Of a stretch of DNA of 60,476 bases, positions 45,532-55,427 are shown piece by piece (position 1 is the first letter of the stretch; every line of letters begins with the position of its first letter). Under the pieces are notes generated by a model. The model saw nothing but the letters and a program-made list of their open reading frames with translations. It had not been told where the DNA came from and ran no database searches. The position numbers and the translations under genes were made by a program. The stretch comes from a virus. Its lineage: Duplodnaviria; Caudoviricetes. The DNA is taken from IMG/VR virus record IMGVR_UViG_3300021437_000022, positions 1 through 60,476 of that record; one strand, 5' to 3'.

Positions 45532-47231
45532 GCGAAGGCTTTCGAGAGCGAGCCGTAGAACACACCCCCACGGTTAGTGATGACGGCCAAGTCAACGGCA
45601 TTGGCTGCAGTGCTCAGTGCAGGAGCGGAACCGCCGGGGAATTTCACACCGCTCCATGCCAGCGTACGGCTACCTGTGGCGTCTTGGGTGAAGAAGATGT
45701 TGATCGTCTGCCCGTCCTGCATATTGCTGATGGTGAACGTCGTGGTGTTGCCCGTCAGCGTCACATAGAACAAGTTGGACAACTGGGCGTTCACCGTGAG
45801 CGTCGCCCCCCATGTGAGCGCAGAAGCTGGGGTGTAGGCGTTGCCGTTGACGGTGAGGGCGTTGCCGCTGGTCGGGGCGATGACTGTCACCGCACCACCG
45901 GAAGCGATGGAGACTCGTGTCGTTCCAGCATAATTCAAGTTCAGCGCGGTGGGGGTTGACTGAATTGCCCCTTGCTCCAGCGAAAACGCATTATTGACAA
46001 AGCGAAGGATGCTGGAGTTGTCAGACGCCCTTCCAACAATAGAGGCTCCATACGAGACGGTGCTGGCGTACAAAGTCATGCCTTCGCCAGTGGAGGCCCC
46101 CGCATTCACCACGAGCGCGCCTGAAGTGACTGCAGCCCCTGTTACCGTTAAAGCTGCGCCGCTGCTTGGGGCGTTGACCCCAACGTTGCCCGCCGCGGAA
46201 ATAGCGATACGACTGGTATTGCTCGTATAGACAAGGAGCTGGTGGGCAGTGACCGTCCCAAGAATAACGTTGCCCCCACCGCTGTACCACACAGAACCTG
46301 TGGTTCCATCAGACGCGTTTATGACGTTGTTGTTTGTGGCTACGTTGATTGCAAGCCCCGTGCCGGCGGAAGACGTAATGGTGGTGTTTCCGGTATCCGA
46401 CAACCCAAAAAGCACTGCGGTGTTCCCGCTGTTTACAACCTCAAGGTTGCTACTAGTCCCGACGCGAATGAATTTGTTGACGGCAGTGCTGAAAGTGTTC
46501 CGCAACTGCAACCAGCCGGCGTTACCCGCACTGTCGGTTGCCGTACTGCTGATCACACCGCCAGTGTTCGTGATGCCGCCTACGATGCTTGCTCCACCCG
46601 CTGAGACCGTGAGTCCTGAGGCCGTGATCGTGAGGCCGTTGGCAATGGTCACCAAGCCTGCTGCGGCGATGGAAAGGCGTGTCGTGGCCGAAGTCTGAAA
46701 GTTGATCGGCCCGTATCCACCCGTGGCGAAAGTCGAAGATATCGTGACGCCGTTGACCCCTGATGCGGGGTCAGGAAGGATCGAGAGTACGGTGCCCGCT
46801 GCGGCAGCGCCTTGGAAATAGGACGTGCCAACGGCGGTGAGAACCTGACCTGACGTGGGGGCGTTGAGCAACAAGCCACCAGTTGAAGGGAAACTGGCCC
46901 GAGCAAGACCGCTTGTAGCTACACCCACCGCGCCAGCCGAAGGCAGGTAGAAACCCGTCGTAGGGACTGTAGCGGAGGAAGGGATGAGCGCGGCGGCAGT
47001 CAAATTTCCCGTGAGGGTGACGTTGCCGCTGACATCCACCGAGAGCGAGGTCACGGGAACCAGGGCCGTACCACCGCTGTTCACCGCGACAAAGCGCCCT
47101 GCATTGGCTGACATGCCCGGCAGCTTGTCGAATGCGGCTTGTAGTGCATCCAGCTCCGCGCGCAAAGCCGAGGATGATCCCGCCGATCCGGTCGAAGGGT
47201 AGCCCGAGTGGGTATAAAATTCATTGGCCAT
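45528..47231 (-). CDS. Tail fibre protein
   Basis: Anchor SSALRAELDAL..AFDKLP, repeated TTR.SI...G.V.. beta motifs, C-terminal TQDATGSRTLAW...LSTAANAVD. Confidence 0.8.
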   Translation of the reverse strand: MANEFYTHSGYPSTGSAGSSSALRAELDALQAAFDKLPGMSANAGRFVAVNSGGTALVPVTSLSVDVSGNVTLTGNLTAAALIPSSATVPTTGFYLPSAGAVGVATSGLARASFPSTGGLLLNAPTSGQVLTAVGTSYFQGAAAAGTVLSILPDPASGVNGVTISSTFATGGYGPINFQTSATTRLSIAAAGLVTIANGLTITASGLTVSAGGASIVGGITNTGGVISSTATDSAGNAGWLQLRNTFSTAVNKFIRVGTSSNLEVVNSGNTAVLFGLSDTGNTTITSSAGTGLAINVATNNNVINASDGTTGSVWYSGGGNVILGTVTAHQLLVYTSNTSRIAISAAGNVGVNAPSSGAALTVTGAAVTSGALVVNAGASTGEGMTLYASTVSYGASIVGRASDNSSILRFVNNAFSLEQGAIQSTPTALNLNYAGTTRVSIASGGAVTVIAPTSGNALTVNGNAYTPASALTWGATLTVNAQLSNLFYVTLTGNTTTFTISNMQDGQTINIFFTQDATGSRTLAWSGVKFPGGSAPALSTAANAVDLAVITNRGGVFYGSLSKAFA

Positions 47232-49303
47232 TATCGTATTCCTCGGCGAGACGAGTAATGCATCGTGATGGAATTCAGCGTGTAGGGCTGAACATAGTTT
47301 GATGAGGACGAAATGCGCAAGGCAATGTTCTCGGCGGTGCCTGTCAATTCCAGCTCAGTCGGCTGCAAAGTTGACCCATCCCAGAAGAAATTGTCCCAAG
47401 AGAAAGCGTCCCAGTACGCCGACTGCAGCGCCGCGGCGTAGAACGTCGAAGGCGAAGACTCGTATTGCGAAGTCGCGTACGCCGTATCGTAGGCAAACGA
47501 AAACCCGATGTAGCCCACGCCTTGAATTTCGAGACTGGCTTTGCGGAAGCGCTTGAGCGTGCGCGCGTCGCCCATCGCATTGTAGGTGAACGTCAGGTTC
47601 GCCACGATCGCCGCACCGTCGAAACTGGTGCCGGTGTCGAGCTGATACACGAACCCATTTGTGCTGCCGAAGAAGGCAGTCTCGGCGCCAGTGGTGTTCT
47701 GGCCTTCCGTGATGCACGACACGGGGTTGGGAAACAATACCGGCATCGCCCCCAGGAATTCATCATTGTTGATGGTCAGGTACAACCCATACCCATCACT
47801 GAAAAATACGCGGTACTGCGACTTCTCATGGTTGATCGACGCATCTACGCCAAGCGTGCGGCGCGTTTGAATGAACGGCCGCAAGGCGAAGGTCAACTGT
47901 GCAGAGTCGAAGTTGCCGTAGTTCAAGGACGCCTTGAGGGAATTCACCCCACGAGAATCCAGGAAGTAGGTGTCGCTCATGGTGGCCGACGTGCGGAAGT
48001 AGGTACCTGTACCGGTATTGTAAGGAACCAGATTCCATGTCGTGGAAGAGGTTCCGTACAAAATGAAGGTGTTGTTCTGGCAGGCCACCATCATCGCGCC
48101 CGTGGCTTGGCTGCCAGGAAGTTCGATCAAGTCGGTCACGTCTTCAGGCAGGCCGCCCACTTCGCCGGCGCCCGTGACGACTTGCCATTGATAAGGCAAC
48201 CCAAGAGAACTGAACTGCAGAGATTGCTTGAACCCCATGAAGAGGTAGTTCTTGTGAGGTGAGATCACCTTGGGGGTATCAGGAGAGTTGCCCGTCGCGA
48301 TCGGTACATAAGTGGTGCCATCAAACTCGAACCCGCGATTGACACCGTCAGCGCCGTACGCCTTGGCGTTCTGGCTTCCCCCGAGTGCGGTCCCTGACCC
48401 GCTCACCACACCCTTCACCATGTAATACGTGCCGCCTGGGAGTGGCGCGATTTGAACTTGCGCGCCAGAACCAGTGGCGCAATTGGTGGCGCCCACCTTG
48501 ATAGTTTCGCCAGCGGTGAACGTTCCCGTTGTCGAAGAGAGAATCAGTCGCCCTGCGGCGGTAGAGCCCCACACCCCAGACTGCAGGACTGCGCGAGCAA
48601 CGATGCCCGTGGCGCCGGAAGTTCCGCCTGTAACGGTGGCGCCATCATTGATCTGCACCAGTCCGGCCGTGAAAGAGAGTTCCTTGCCGTAGGCGACCTG
48701 CGTCCATCCGGAGGACGTGCTCTTGTAAAGGTTGCATACTGTCGCGCCAATATTGTCGCGGAAAGCGTAAACCGTTCCGTTCAGATTGATGACGCCTCGA
48801 ATAGGACCACTGCCTGGGACGGCGAGGATCGCAGGGCGGTAAATGTCGGCGGCTGCAGCGGCGTATCGTGCCTGTTGCAATGACGTTCCGCCTCCACCCA
48901 GCGACGAGATCGTGCCGATGGTCGTGACGCCGACCTTGAAAGCTTCTCCACTCAAAAAGGTTCCGGTGGCTTTTGTGTACACGACGACGTTGGGAAGAAC
49001 CGTGATATCGATGTAGCACACGGTTGCGGAAGCCAGGGAGGTGCCACCGGTAATGACGTTGCCTACCGCCAGACCCGTGACCGAGGATGCTTGAAACATT
49101 GCGGCAACGGCCGCTGAAGGGGATGCCTGACCATCGAAGCGCTCGTAGCCCGCGATGCGCGAGTACCCGCCAGTGATGGAGACTTCGTAATTGAGCGCGT
49201 CCCTCAGAACCCCAGGCTCAAGCTTCAGCAGAGGCGTGACAAGGTCAAGGCCGCCTTTGCAGTCGATGACCTTGTGCCGAACTGTGGACCAGTTGTCGGC
49301 CAT
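47231..49303 (-). CDS. Tail tubular/nozzle protein (P22 gp10 / T7 gp12-like)
   Basis: ~690 aa beta-rich; GGLDL N-terminus, LKRFRK near C-terminus; follows adaptor. Confidence 0.75.
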   Translation of the reverse strand: MADNWSTVRHKVIDCKGGLDLVTPLLKLEPGVLRDALNYEVSITGGYSRIAGYERFDGQASPSAAVAAMFQASSVTGLAVGNVITGGTSLASATVCYIDITVLPNVVVYTKATGTFLSGEAFKVGVTTIGTISSLGGGGTSLQQARYAAAAADIYRPAILAVPGSGPIRGVINLNGTVYAFRDNIGATVCNLYKSTSSGWTQVAYGKELSFTAGLVQINDGATVTGGTSGATGIVARAVLQSGVWGSTAAGRLILSSTTGTFTAGETIKVGATNCATGSGAQVQIAPLPGGTYYMVKGVVSGSGTALGGSQNAKAYGADGVNRGFEFDGTTYVPIATGNSPDTPKVISPHKNYLFMGFKQSLQFSSLGLPYQWQVVTGAGEVGGLPEDVTDLIELPGSQATGAMMVACQNNTFILYGTSSTTWNLVPYNTGTGTYFRTSATMSDTYFLDSRGVNSLKASLNYGNFDSAQLTFALRPFIQTRRTLGVDASINHEKSQYRVFFSDGYGLYLTINNDEFLGAMPVLFPNPVSCITEGQNTTGAETAFFGSTNGFVYQLDTGTSFDGAAIVANLTFTYNAMGDARTLKRFRKASLEIQGVGYIGFSFAYDTAYATSQYESSPSTFYAAALQSAYWDAFSWDNFFWDGSTLQPTELELTGTAENIALRISSSSNYVQPYTLNSITMHYSSRRGIR

Positions 49304-49304
49304 G

Positions 49305-49991
49305 TCAAGCCAATGCAGGGCCGGATACAAGCGCCGGGGTTTGTTCCCGAAGGAAGACGGGCCAGAGTTTGTTTCGAGCCTTCTGGGCGCGGGTATCCAC
49401 CTCAGGCGCGGACTCGAACGCCGCGTAGGCGCTCATGGCGTCGTACACCAGAAGCATGTGGAACCGGGTGGGAATCGCAGGTGTATCCGTGTCTGCGGAG
49501 AGCACGACCGGACTGGAGAAGTATTCTCCCGTGATGACGTACGGCTGATCGGGGGTCATCCCCAAGGCCAAGTGCTTCTCCGGCGTCACCGAAACCTGCA
49601 CCGGCCGCGAGTAGTTCGTGCGCATCGCGCCGAACTGGTAGAGGTTGCGGAAGCTATCCCACGGCTCGAACCCAAGACGATATTCGTCGGCAAGTGCGGA
49701 ACCCACGGTCGAACAACGGAAGCTATCCACTTTGAAGTTGGCAAAGTCGGAAAGAGACAAAGGCGTCAACGCGGGGTCGTATTCCCACTGGTTGGCCACC
49801 GTGGTGAACTGCAGGTTCTTGCGCAAGAAAATCCAATCCTCGCGCAAGGACTGCAGGTCACTCCAGGCTTGCTGAATCCAATTGTAGAATCGCTTCGACT
49901 CTACAGAAGTCAAAGAGGAGAGCGTCGAAAGATCGCTGCCTTGCACGCCGCATTCCTGGCGCGCCCGATTGACCAATTGAAGGAAATTCAT
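49305..49991 (-). CDS. Head-tail adaptor (tail tubular A-like)
   Basis: MNFLQLVNR...W.FL...DTPAIP.RFH.LLVY. Confidence 0.8.
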   Translation of the reverse strand: MNFLQLVNRARQECGVQGSDLSTLSSLTSVESKRFYNWIQQAWSDLQSLREDWIFLRKNLQFTTVANQWEYDPALTPLSLSDFANFKVDSFRCSTVGSALADEYRLGFEPWDSFRNLYQFGAMRTNYSRPVQVSVTPEKHLALGMTPDQPYVITGEYFSSPVVLSADTDTPAIPTRFHMLLVYDAMSAYAAFESAPEVDTRAQKARNKLWPVFLREQTPALVSGPALA

Positions 49992-50410
49992 TACGCAGGC
50001 TCATTCAGGATGTGGGAAATCCACTCGCGGCCCTTGGGGTTCTCGTCCTTGAGAACCTCGAACGGATACACCAGACCAGAGCGCGGGATCATTTCCATGC
50101 GGTCCGGCTCCGAAGGGTTCACCATGCGTTGGTTGTACTTGGTCTCTTTCATGCGGGCCAAGACTTCCACAAACTTGCGCTTCACCGTCGTGGTGACGCC
50201 GCGGGCAATCGGTTGATTCACACCGTTGCAGTTGATCGTGGCGATCTGCTGCAGATTCTCGTCAGAGGTCTCGTGCAGGCGGATCGTGACCGGCTCATTC
50301 ATGAAAGCATCCGAAGCCACCAGCTCGCGCAGGTCCACGTTGGCCGCTACCGGCTCAATCAAGGATTCTTCCTCGCGGACCGTGACCGCCGGCCTATTGA
50401 TGTTCGCCAT
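49991..50410 (-). CDS. Conserved head-module protein
   Basis: NCNG...I.RG...V...FVEVL; YPFEV. Confidence 0.7.
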   Translation of the reverse strand: MANINRPAVTVREEESLIEPVAANVDLRELVASDAFMNEPVTIRLHETSDENLQQIATINCNGVNQPIARGVTTTVKRKFVEVLARMKETKYNQRMVNPSEPDRMEMIPRSGLVYPFEVLKDENPKGREWISHILNEPA

Positions 50411-50487
50411 ATCTCTTCTCCAGGTTGACAACAAAAAAGCGGGCAGCCCCTAGGTACACTCCCGGAAGCCGCCCGATCAAAATAAAA

Positions 50488-50928
50488 TTACTGCGCAGTG
50501 CCCGGCAGCAAGCTGCAATCGCGGTATACCGCGGTCACACCGGCGGCGGACAGCGCCGTGGTGCCAGGAACAAACGTGGCGGCCGAGTTGGTCGAGAGGA
50601 TGATCAAACCAATCAAGGCAACTGCGCCACGCATGGCCGGGGGCGGGGCCAAATCCGTGGACGCCACAACTGCACCCGAGGTGACAGTCAGAGCACCAGC
50701 GGTGTCCACCCAAACGGCGTAGGCCACCTTCTGGTTGATCGCCAGGGACGGCAAACCGAAACCGGTGAGCACGTTGTTGTCGATTGCGGCACGAGTCTTG
50801 AAGACGCCGTCAATCGTGTAGGTCACGGAGTTGGCGGTCTTGTAGGTCGTGGTCGTGGTACCGATGGCAAGGCCGCCGGCGGTGAAGGTGAAATTGCCAC
50901 CGTTTGCTTCTTCGAGGTTCTGTGCCAT
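50488..50928 (-). CDS. Putative capsid decoration protein
   Basis: T/A/G-rich, strong GGAG RBS, just after MCP. Confidence 0.65.
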   Translation of the reverse strand: MAQNLEEANGGNFTFTAGGLAIGTTTTTYKTANSVTYTIDGVFKTRAAIDNNVLTGFGLPSLAINQKVAYAVWVDTAGALTVTSGAVVASTDLAPPPAMRGAVALIGLIILSTNSAATFVPGTTALSAAGVTAVYRDCSLLPGTAQ

Positions 50929-50940
50929 TTGGCGCTCCTG

Positions 50941-51150
50941 TTAAGGTTGGGTGTTCAGCGTTGCCAGGGTCGTCGTCGGGGCCGCGGAGTTCGAGGCGCC
51001 CGTGGTGATGCCACTGTGCACGTGAGTGTTCAATTGCGTTTGAAGCGCGACCAAGTCGGCTTGGATCGCCACGATCAATTGGTACAAATGGTAATTCGAT
51101 TGACCCGGCGACATGCCGCCTACGACGCGCTGCTTGACTGATTCAGCCAT
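50941..51150 (-). CDS. Small virion protein (H.H trimer-like motif)
   Basis: LNTHVHSG motif; after MCP. Confidence 0.65.
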   Translation of the reverse strand: MAESVKQRVVGGMSPGQSNYHLYQLIVAIQADLVALQTQLNTHVHSGITTGASNSAAPTTTLATLNTQP

Positions 51151-51169
51151 GAGGTTCTCCGGTTGAGAA

Positions 51170-51191
51170 GAGGCCGGTGTTACCCGGCCTC
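51170..51191 (-). terminator. Hairpin after major capsid gene
   Basis: GAGGCCGG/CCGGCCTC stem; weak U tract. Confidence 0.45.
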
Positions 51192-51197
51192 ATTCAA

Positions 51198-52256
51198 TTA
51201 CAGGGCGGTGACCGCGGCTTCGATACGCGCCATCCAGGCTTCATTCAGGCGCACCGAAGCGAACCAGCAAGAAGCACCGACGTAGCCGAACTGACCAAGC
51301 GGGTTGGCATGGGACTTCAGCTTGGCCGGCAGGATCGTCGGGCTGATGGCGGACATGCCCTTCAGCGCCACTTGACCCCAGGCGTCCTCACCGATGACCA
51401 CGAACGGATACACGTCCACGTTGGCACCGGCAACGCTGAGCGAGCCGTTCAGCGTGGCAGAGCCAGAGGCCAGGAACGGAGCGAACAGCGGCGAGCTGAT
51501 AAAGCGGAAGTCTTCCACCGCGCCGAATTCACGATCGTGGATCGGCTTGAAGGAACCGTATTCTTCCACCTTCGTGAAGCCCGGCAGGTTGCGGCAGTCG
51601 GCTACGGCGTCCGTGTGCACGAAGACGATGAACGCAGGTTGAATGGCACGGGTATTGAAGTTGACCCCCGGAGCCAGACGCGAGGTGACACGACGTGCGC
51701 GGTTGGATTCCAGCGTACGTGCGGCCTTGCGCAGCGTGTTCAACGAGATCACGGTGTTCACCGCGGCACGCGAGGCGCCGTTGGTGTAAAGCACCGTCGA
51801 GCCGGCCTTGAGCACGCCGTAACGAATGAGTTCCATGACTTCCGCCATGGTCTCGCCCGTCAGCTTTTGCATCTCGGTCGGGATATCGTCTTCATACAGC
51901 GACTCGGTCTTCGATGTGAACTTGAAGAGCAGACCGAACTGTTGCAGGGTCACACTCACGTCTTGAAACGAAATCGTGTTGGCCGTCGGCGTGGCGCCTT
52001 CACCCAATACGAAGTTGTTCGCCACGATGTTCGGCGCGCCGGCATAGCGTTGCGTACCTTCAATCGTGGTACCCGTCGTGGTGGCGCCGAAGGGCAGCGT
52101 GCGGCGGAACACCAGAGTGTCCGTCGAGTTCAGAGGCATTTCCTTCTGGGTGCCGAAGTCACCAAGAACGGTAATGGGTTGGGCATGGTCCAGCATGCCT
52201 TGTGCAGCGCGGATGAGGTTCCGCGATGCTTGGGTCGTATAACCTTGAAAGGCCAT
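51198..52256 (-). CDS. Major capsid protein (N4-gp56 family)
   Basis: MP.N.T.TL.FRR, L.EG.TP, L.QFG, E.G.V..FRF, NPLGQFGYVG. Confidence 0.92.
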   Translation of the reverse strand: MAFQGYTTQASRNLIRAAQGMLDHAQPITVLGDFGTQKEMPLNSTDTLVFRRTLPFGATTTGTTIEGTQRYAGAPNIVANNFVLGEGATPTANTISFQDVSVTLQQFGLLFKFTSKTESLYEDDIPTEMQKLTGETMAEVMELIRYGVLKAGSTVLYTNGASRAAVNTVISLNTLRKAARTLESNRARRVTSRLAPGVNFNTRAIQPAFIVFVHTDAVADCRNLPGFTKVEEYGSFKPIHDREFGAVEDFRFISSPLFAPFLASGSATLNGSLSVAGANVDVYPFVVIGEDAWGQVALKGMSAISPTILPAKLKSHANPLGQFGYVGASCWFASVRLNEAWMARIEAAVTAL

Positions 52257-52277
52257 TTGGCGCTCCTAGATAGTGGG

Positions 52278-53159
52278 TCAGTACCCTCGTTGCGCTTTCA
52301 GCTTTTCACGCCGATTCGCTTCAAGGTTCCAAAGTTCAGTGGGGTCAAGTTCTTCCTCGCCTCGTGAGACGGGGACGTTCGACCGAGAAGGTGTTCCTGC
52401 GGCAGCGGCGAGTCGCGACTGACGTTCCTGCTTTACCTGTGGCGCCGGCTTTGCCTGACTCGTCTTGAACGAATCGAGCAACTTGATCGCATCCGAAGCA
52501 TCCTCACTGATCGCAAGAGTCTTCATCGCATCGTTCTGCGCGGCGAGCCACGAGTTGAACGCAGGCGTGTTGACTGTTTGCTTCCATCCTGAGTGCTTAT
52601 TTTCGACCAAAATTTCCGAGACTTTGCGAAGCATTCCTGCCTCACCTGAAGCCAAACGGGCTGCAACGAGTTCGTCGATCTTTGAAGGATCAACTTCGCC
52701 AGCGCGCAAGCCACTCAGGCGTGCATCGACAAAAGCTTCCATCGCCCGGCCCCATTCAGGGAAGTCGGACTTCAACTGCTCCCATTCCTCCGGGTTGGCG
52801 GCAGCCTTGCTAATCTCTTTCTGACTCGGTGCAGCCGAGGAAATTTCCTGGGCCTTCTTCGACTCAGCGAGTTCGCGCTGAAATGCTGCCACCCGACCTT
52901 CGGCGGACTTGAGTTGATGCATCATTTGAGAATTGGCGTTTGCAAGCTGGTCAATCTGCTCCAGCTTTGCGCGCACCGCGGCTGATACTCCCGCGTACGG
53001 GTCTTCCTGATCCACTGGTGTAGTGGGGGGTGTTTCCGGTTTCTCCAACAGGGCCGGTTCCGGCGCTGTCTTCTCTTCCGTTATCGGCTCACCGTTATCG
53101 CGTGCCGCCGACTCCTGGTCCCACATTGCCTGCAGATCGTTCTCTTGTGATTCAGCCAT
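52278..53159 (-). CDS. Scaffolding protein
   Basis: Directly upstream of MCP; acidic N-terminus, coiled coil, L..DFPE, H.GW...V....F..WL. Confidence 0.8.
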   Translation of the reverse strand: MAESQENDLQAMWDQESAARDNGEPITEEKTAPEPALLEKPETPPTTPVDQEDPYAGVSAAVRAKLEQIDQLANANSQMMHQLKSAEGRVAAFQRELAESKKAQEISSAAPSQKEISKAAANPEEWEQLKSDFPEWGRAMEAFVDARLSGLRAGEVDPSKIDELVAARLASGEAGMLRKVSEILVENKHSGWKQTVNTPAFNSWLAAQNDAMKTLAISEDASDAIKLLDSFKTSQAKPAPQVKQERQSRLAAAAGTPSRSNVPVSRGEEELDPTELWNLEANRREKLKAQRGY

Positions 53160-53175
53160 GGTGTGTACAACCCTC

Positions 53176-53204
53176 AAAAAGAAAAAGCCACTCGAAAGTG
53201 GCTT
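53176..53204 (-). terminator. Intrinsic terminator upstream of scaffold gene
   Basis: AAGCCACT-UUCG-AGTGGCTT plus TTTCTTTTT on minus strand. Confidence 0.7.
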
Positions 53205-53228
53205 CAGCAATGACAAAGCGGATCAATC

Positions 53229-53438
53229 TCAGATGATCGGCTTTATCCCCTCGGATCGAGCTGCCGCGTTTGGCAGGTCGATGAATTTTCGTAGTTGTCT
53301 TATCTCGCCCCGCAAGGCCGCGGTCTGTTCGGCAGTAAGCTCGAACGCCTCGTTGGCTTTGCGCTTTTTGGCGAGTTCTTCTTCGGCCCACTTGAGAAGC
53401 TGGTGCCAAGCGTCAGATTGAAAGATAACTAGGTTCAT
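53229..53438 (-). CDS. Small conserved head-module protein
   Basis: W..L..W...EL...R..N.....TA.LRGEI..L. Confidence 0.7.
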   Translation of the reverse strand: MNLVIFQSDAWHQLLKWAEEELAKKRKANEAFELTAEQTAALRGEIRQLRKFIDLPNAAARSEGIKPII

Positions 53439-53493
53439 ATTTTGGGCGTAATGATCCGAGGGGGAGTGTAAGTCGCTTTTGCAGACCACGCAA

Positions 53494-54723
53494 CTACTGT
53501 GCCCATGACACCCACTTTTTGTCTTTTGTTACAGAAGAATCTCGGGTGTCATCCACATTCACGGCCATGCGGAAAGTGATCCCTTGGTCGGGGTGAGTCA
53601 ACCACAAGGCTTGCCTGGGCGGCTCGAATCCGAAGTTGTTGGCCATGGCGTATTCGTTGTATCCACACAAAGAACCGTTGACTACGAGGCGCTCCAGTTG
53701 AATGAGTTGGTGCCAGTGTCCCAGAAGCATCGTGTCATAGGACATGCCGATCTGGCCGTTACGCGACCGCTTCTTATGGTCGCCTCGGATGATGGGGCCA
53801 AGTGCGCCGATGACCCCATCGCCACCGCGGAACTGATCCCCATGGGTGAGCAAATACCGATAGCCGAAAACGGAGAAGAGAGCGTCGGCGCCATCAGGGA
53901 TGTGGAACTGCACGCGCTTGTCCCCCTCGAACCGCTTCGCCAGGAACTGGTAAAGCAACCAATCGAAGCTTGTGAAGTTCCGACCCTTCGCTCGAATCTT
54001 GTGCGTATCTCGGCCGTGATTCCCAGTGACACAAGGAAGGAACACTTGACCAAACTTGTCGCGAAGCGTCTCAATAACCCAGACCAGTACGCCGTACAGA
54101 TCGATGACGCAGGCCATGATCTCTTTTTCATTTGTCGCCACCAATTCGTCGTGGATATCCCCGCTCACCATGTCACCCCCAAGCACTACCACGATGCCTG
54201 GATAGGAAGGGTTGGCGATGTGGTGGAAGCACAGCGAGATCGTTTTCTCCACCAAGGTCTTGTATCTGCGGTGGGCGATCGCGATGTTGTACTCGTTCAC
54301 ATTGTTGATCTGCGCGGGGTCGATGATCTCGCCGTGATGCGTATCCGAGATAAAAAGCGTCGGTACTCCTGGGGATTTACCGGCTTTTGGTGTCACCAAC
54401 CATTTTGGAATTGGCTTCTCGGAAGTATCCAATTTCAGAATGGTCTTCTTGACGTATTCATCAGAAAGCGTGGATTCCTTCATCAACTTGATCGATAGCT
54501 CAAGTTCTTGAATGCGATCCTGGGCTTCCGCGGAAAAATCTTCCACGGCCTTCTTCCTCGCCACGCCCAATCTTTCTTGATGCAGTTTTGATTCTGAGAA
54601 GCGGGTGGCTAGGGTGCTGCGGCTCAACCCCATCTCTCGGGCGGCTGCCGAGACACTGCCATACTTTTCAACTTGCGCCAGTGTCTGGCGCATGACGCTA
54701 TCGGATAAGGGCTTTGCTGCCAC
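53494..54723 (-). CDS. HTH + calcineurin-like metallophosphoesterase
   Basis: SDTHHG, GGDMV, GNHG, HGD, GHWH motifs; N-terminal SVSAAAREMGLSRSTL. Confidence 0.88.
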   Translation of the reverse strand: MAAKPLSDSVMRQTLAQVEKYGSVSAAAREMGLSRSTLATRFSESKLHQERLGVARKKAVEDFSAEAQDRIQELELSIKLMKESTLSDEYVKKTILKLDTSEKPIPKWLVTPKAGKSPGVPTLFISDTHHGEIIDPAQINNVNEYNIAIAHRRYKTLVEKTISLCFHHIANPSYPGIVVVLGGDMVSGDIHDELVATNEKEIMACVIDLYGVLVWVIETLRDKFGQVFLPCVTGNHGRDTHKIRAKGRNFTSFDWLLYQFLAKRFEGDKRVQFHIPDGADALFSVFGYRYLLTHGDQFRGGDGVIGALGPIIRGDHKKRSRNGQIGMSYDTMLLGHWHQLIQLERLVVNGSLCGYNEYAMANNFGFEPPRQALWLTHPDQGITFRMAVNVDDTRDSSVTKDKKWVSWAQ

Positions 54724-55171
54724 GGAATCTCCCGGTCAAGGTAGGTAGTGCACTGGAGCTATCGACAGTGCAAGCGATTTCGACTGCACGGGTGGCCTTG
54801 ATTCCGCCGATATGACAGGCAAGCGCCGCCTGTGCTCCCGTTCCAATTGCGGTGGCATCCCCTGGGTACGGGATGAATAGCATTTCAACCAAGTCGAAAT
54901 ACGCGATGATGTTCTGCGACGAAAGAATGATGACTTCCGCCCCTTGCGATTTCTTGAGTATCTTTCCTTCCTTGGCATCCATCCCTCTCGACATCCACGA
55001 GATGAAAGCAAGGCAAGCTGTGTAATCCCCTGAGAATCCAGCGATGCATTCCCCAAACGAAGGAACCTGAATCGAAAACAATTTCTTGACTGGTGCGGCG
55101 TCTGGGCCGCTGCTCATGCGGCTGTCGGCCACAATGACCTTGTCTCTTGACGACGCGAGGACGGTCGTCAT
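54698..55171 (-). CDS. Ntn-hydrolase (proteasome beta/HslV-like) protein
   Basis: N-terminal TT, ADSR, K, G.SG, AIGTG...A motifs. Confidence 0.7.
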   Translation of the reverse strand: MTTVLASSRDKVIVADSRMSSGPDAAPVKKLFSIQVPSFGECIAGFSGDYTACLAFISWMSRGMDAKEGKILKKSQGAEVIILSSQNIIAYFDLVEMLFIPYPGDATAIGTGAQAALACHIGGIKATRAVEIACTVDSSSALPTLTGRFRGSKALIR

Positions 55172-55172
55172 G

Positions 55173-55427
55173 CTACTTGTCTTGCTTTGAGTCCAGCTTG
55201 TCCAGGATGCGTTCGAGGGTTCGATTGATCGAGCTGAACCCTTCTTTCAATTCATCACGCCGGGCGTATGTCTCCGGAAGGTCTTCTTTCAGCTTGATCA
55301 TCCTCGCGTTGGTCTCATTCAATTCCGCTTTCACTTCGCGGTTTGAGTCCCATAGGATTTTCATGATCCACCCCATCAATCCGCCGACGCACATCATCAA
55401 GGCATCAATGATCCGAATGCTATCCAT
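55173..55427 (-). CDS. Single-TM + coiled-coil protein (possible holin/lysis accessory)
   Basis: N-terminal TM, then Y.RRD....F..I...L..I..KLD. Confidence 0.65.
   Translation of the reverse strand: MDSIRIIDALMMCVGGLMGWIMKILWDSNREVKAELNETNARMIKLKEDLPETYARRDELKEGFSSINRTLERILDKLDSKQDK

Noticed and set aside
44953-47231. Diversity-generating retroelement acting on tail fibres
   Set aside because: No reverse transcriptase motif and no adenine-mismatched TR/VR repeat pair was found by eye.
51198-52256. N4-like (Schitoviridae) assignment from the capsid type
   Set aside because: No virion RNA polymerase or RNAP genes were seen; the giant ORF lacks polymerase motifs and looks polyvalent.
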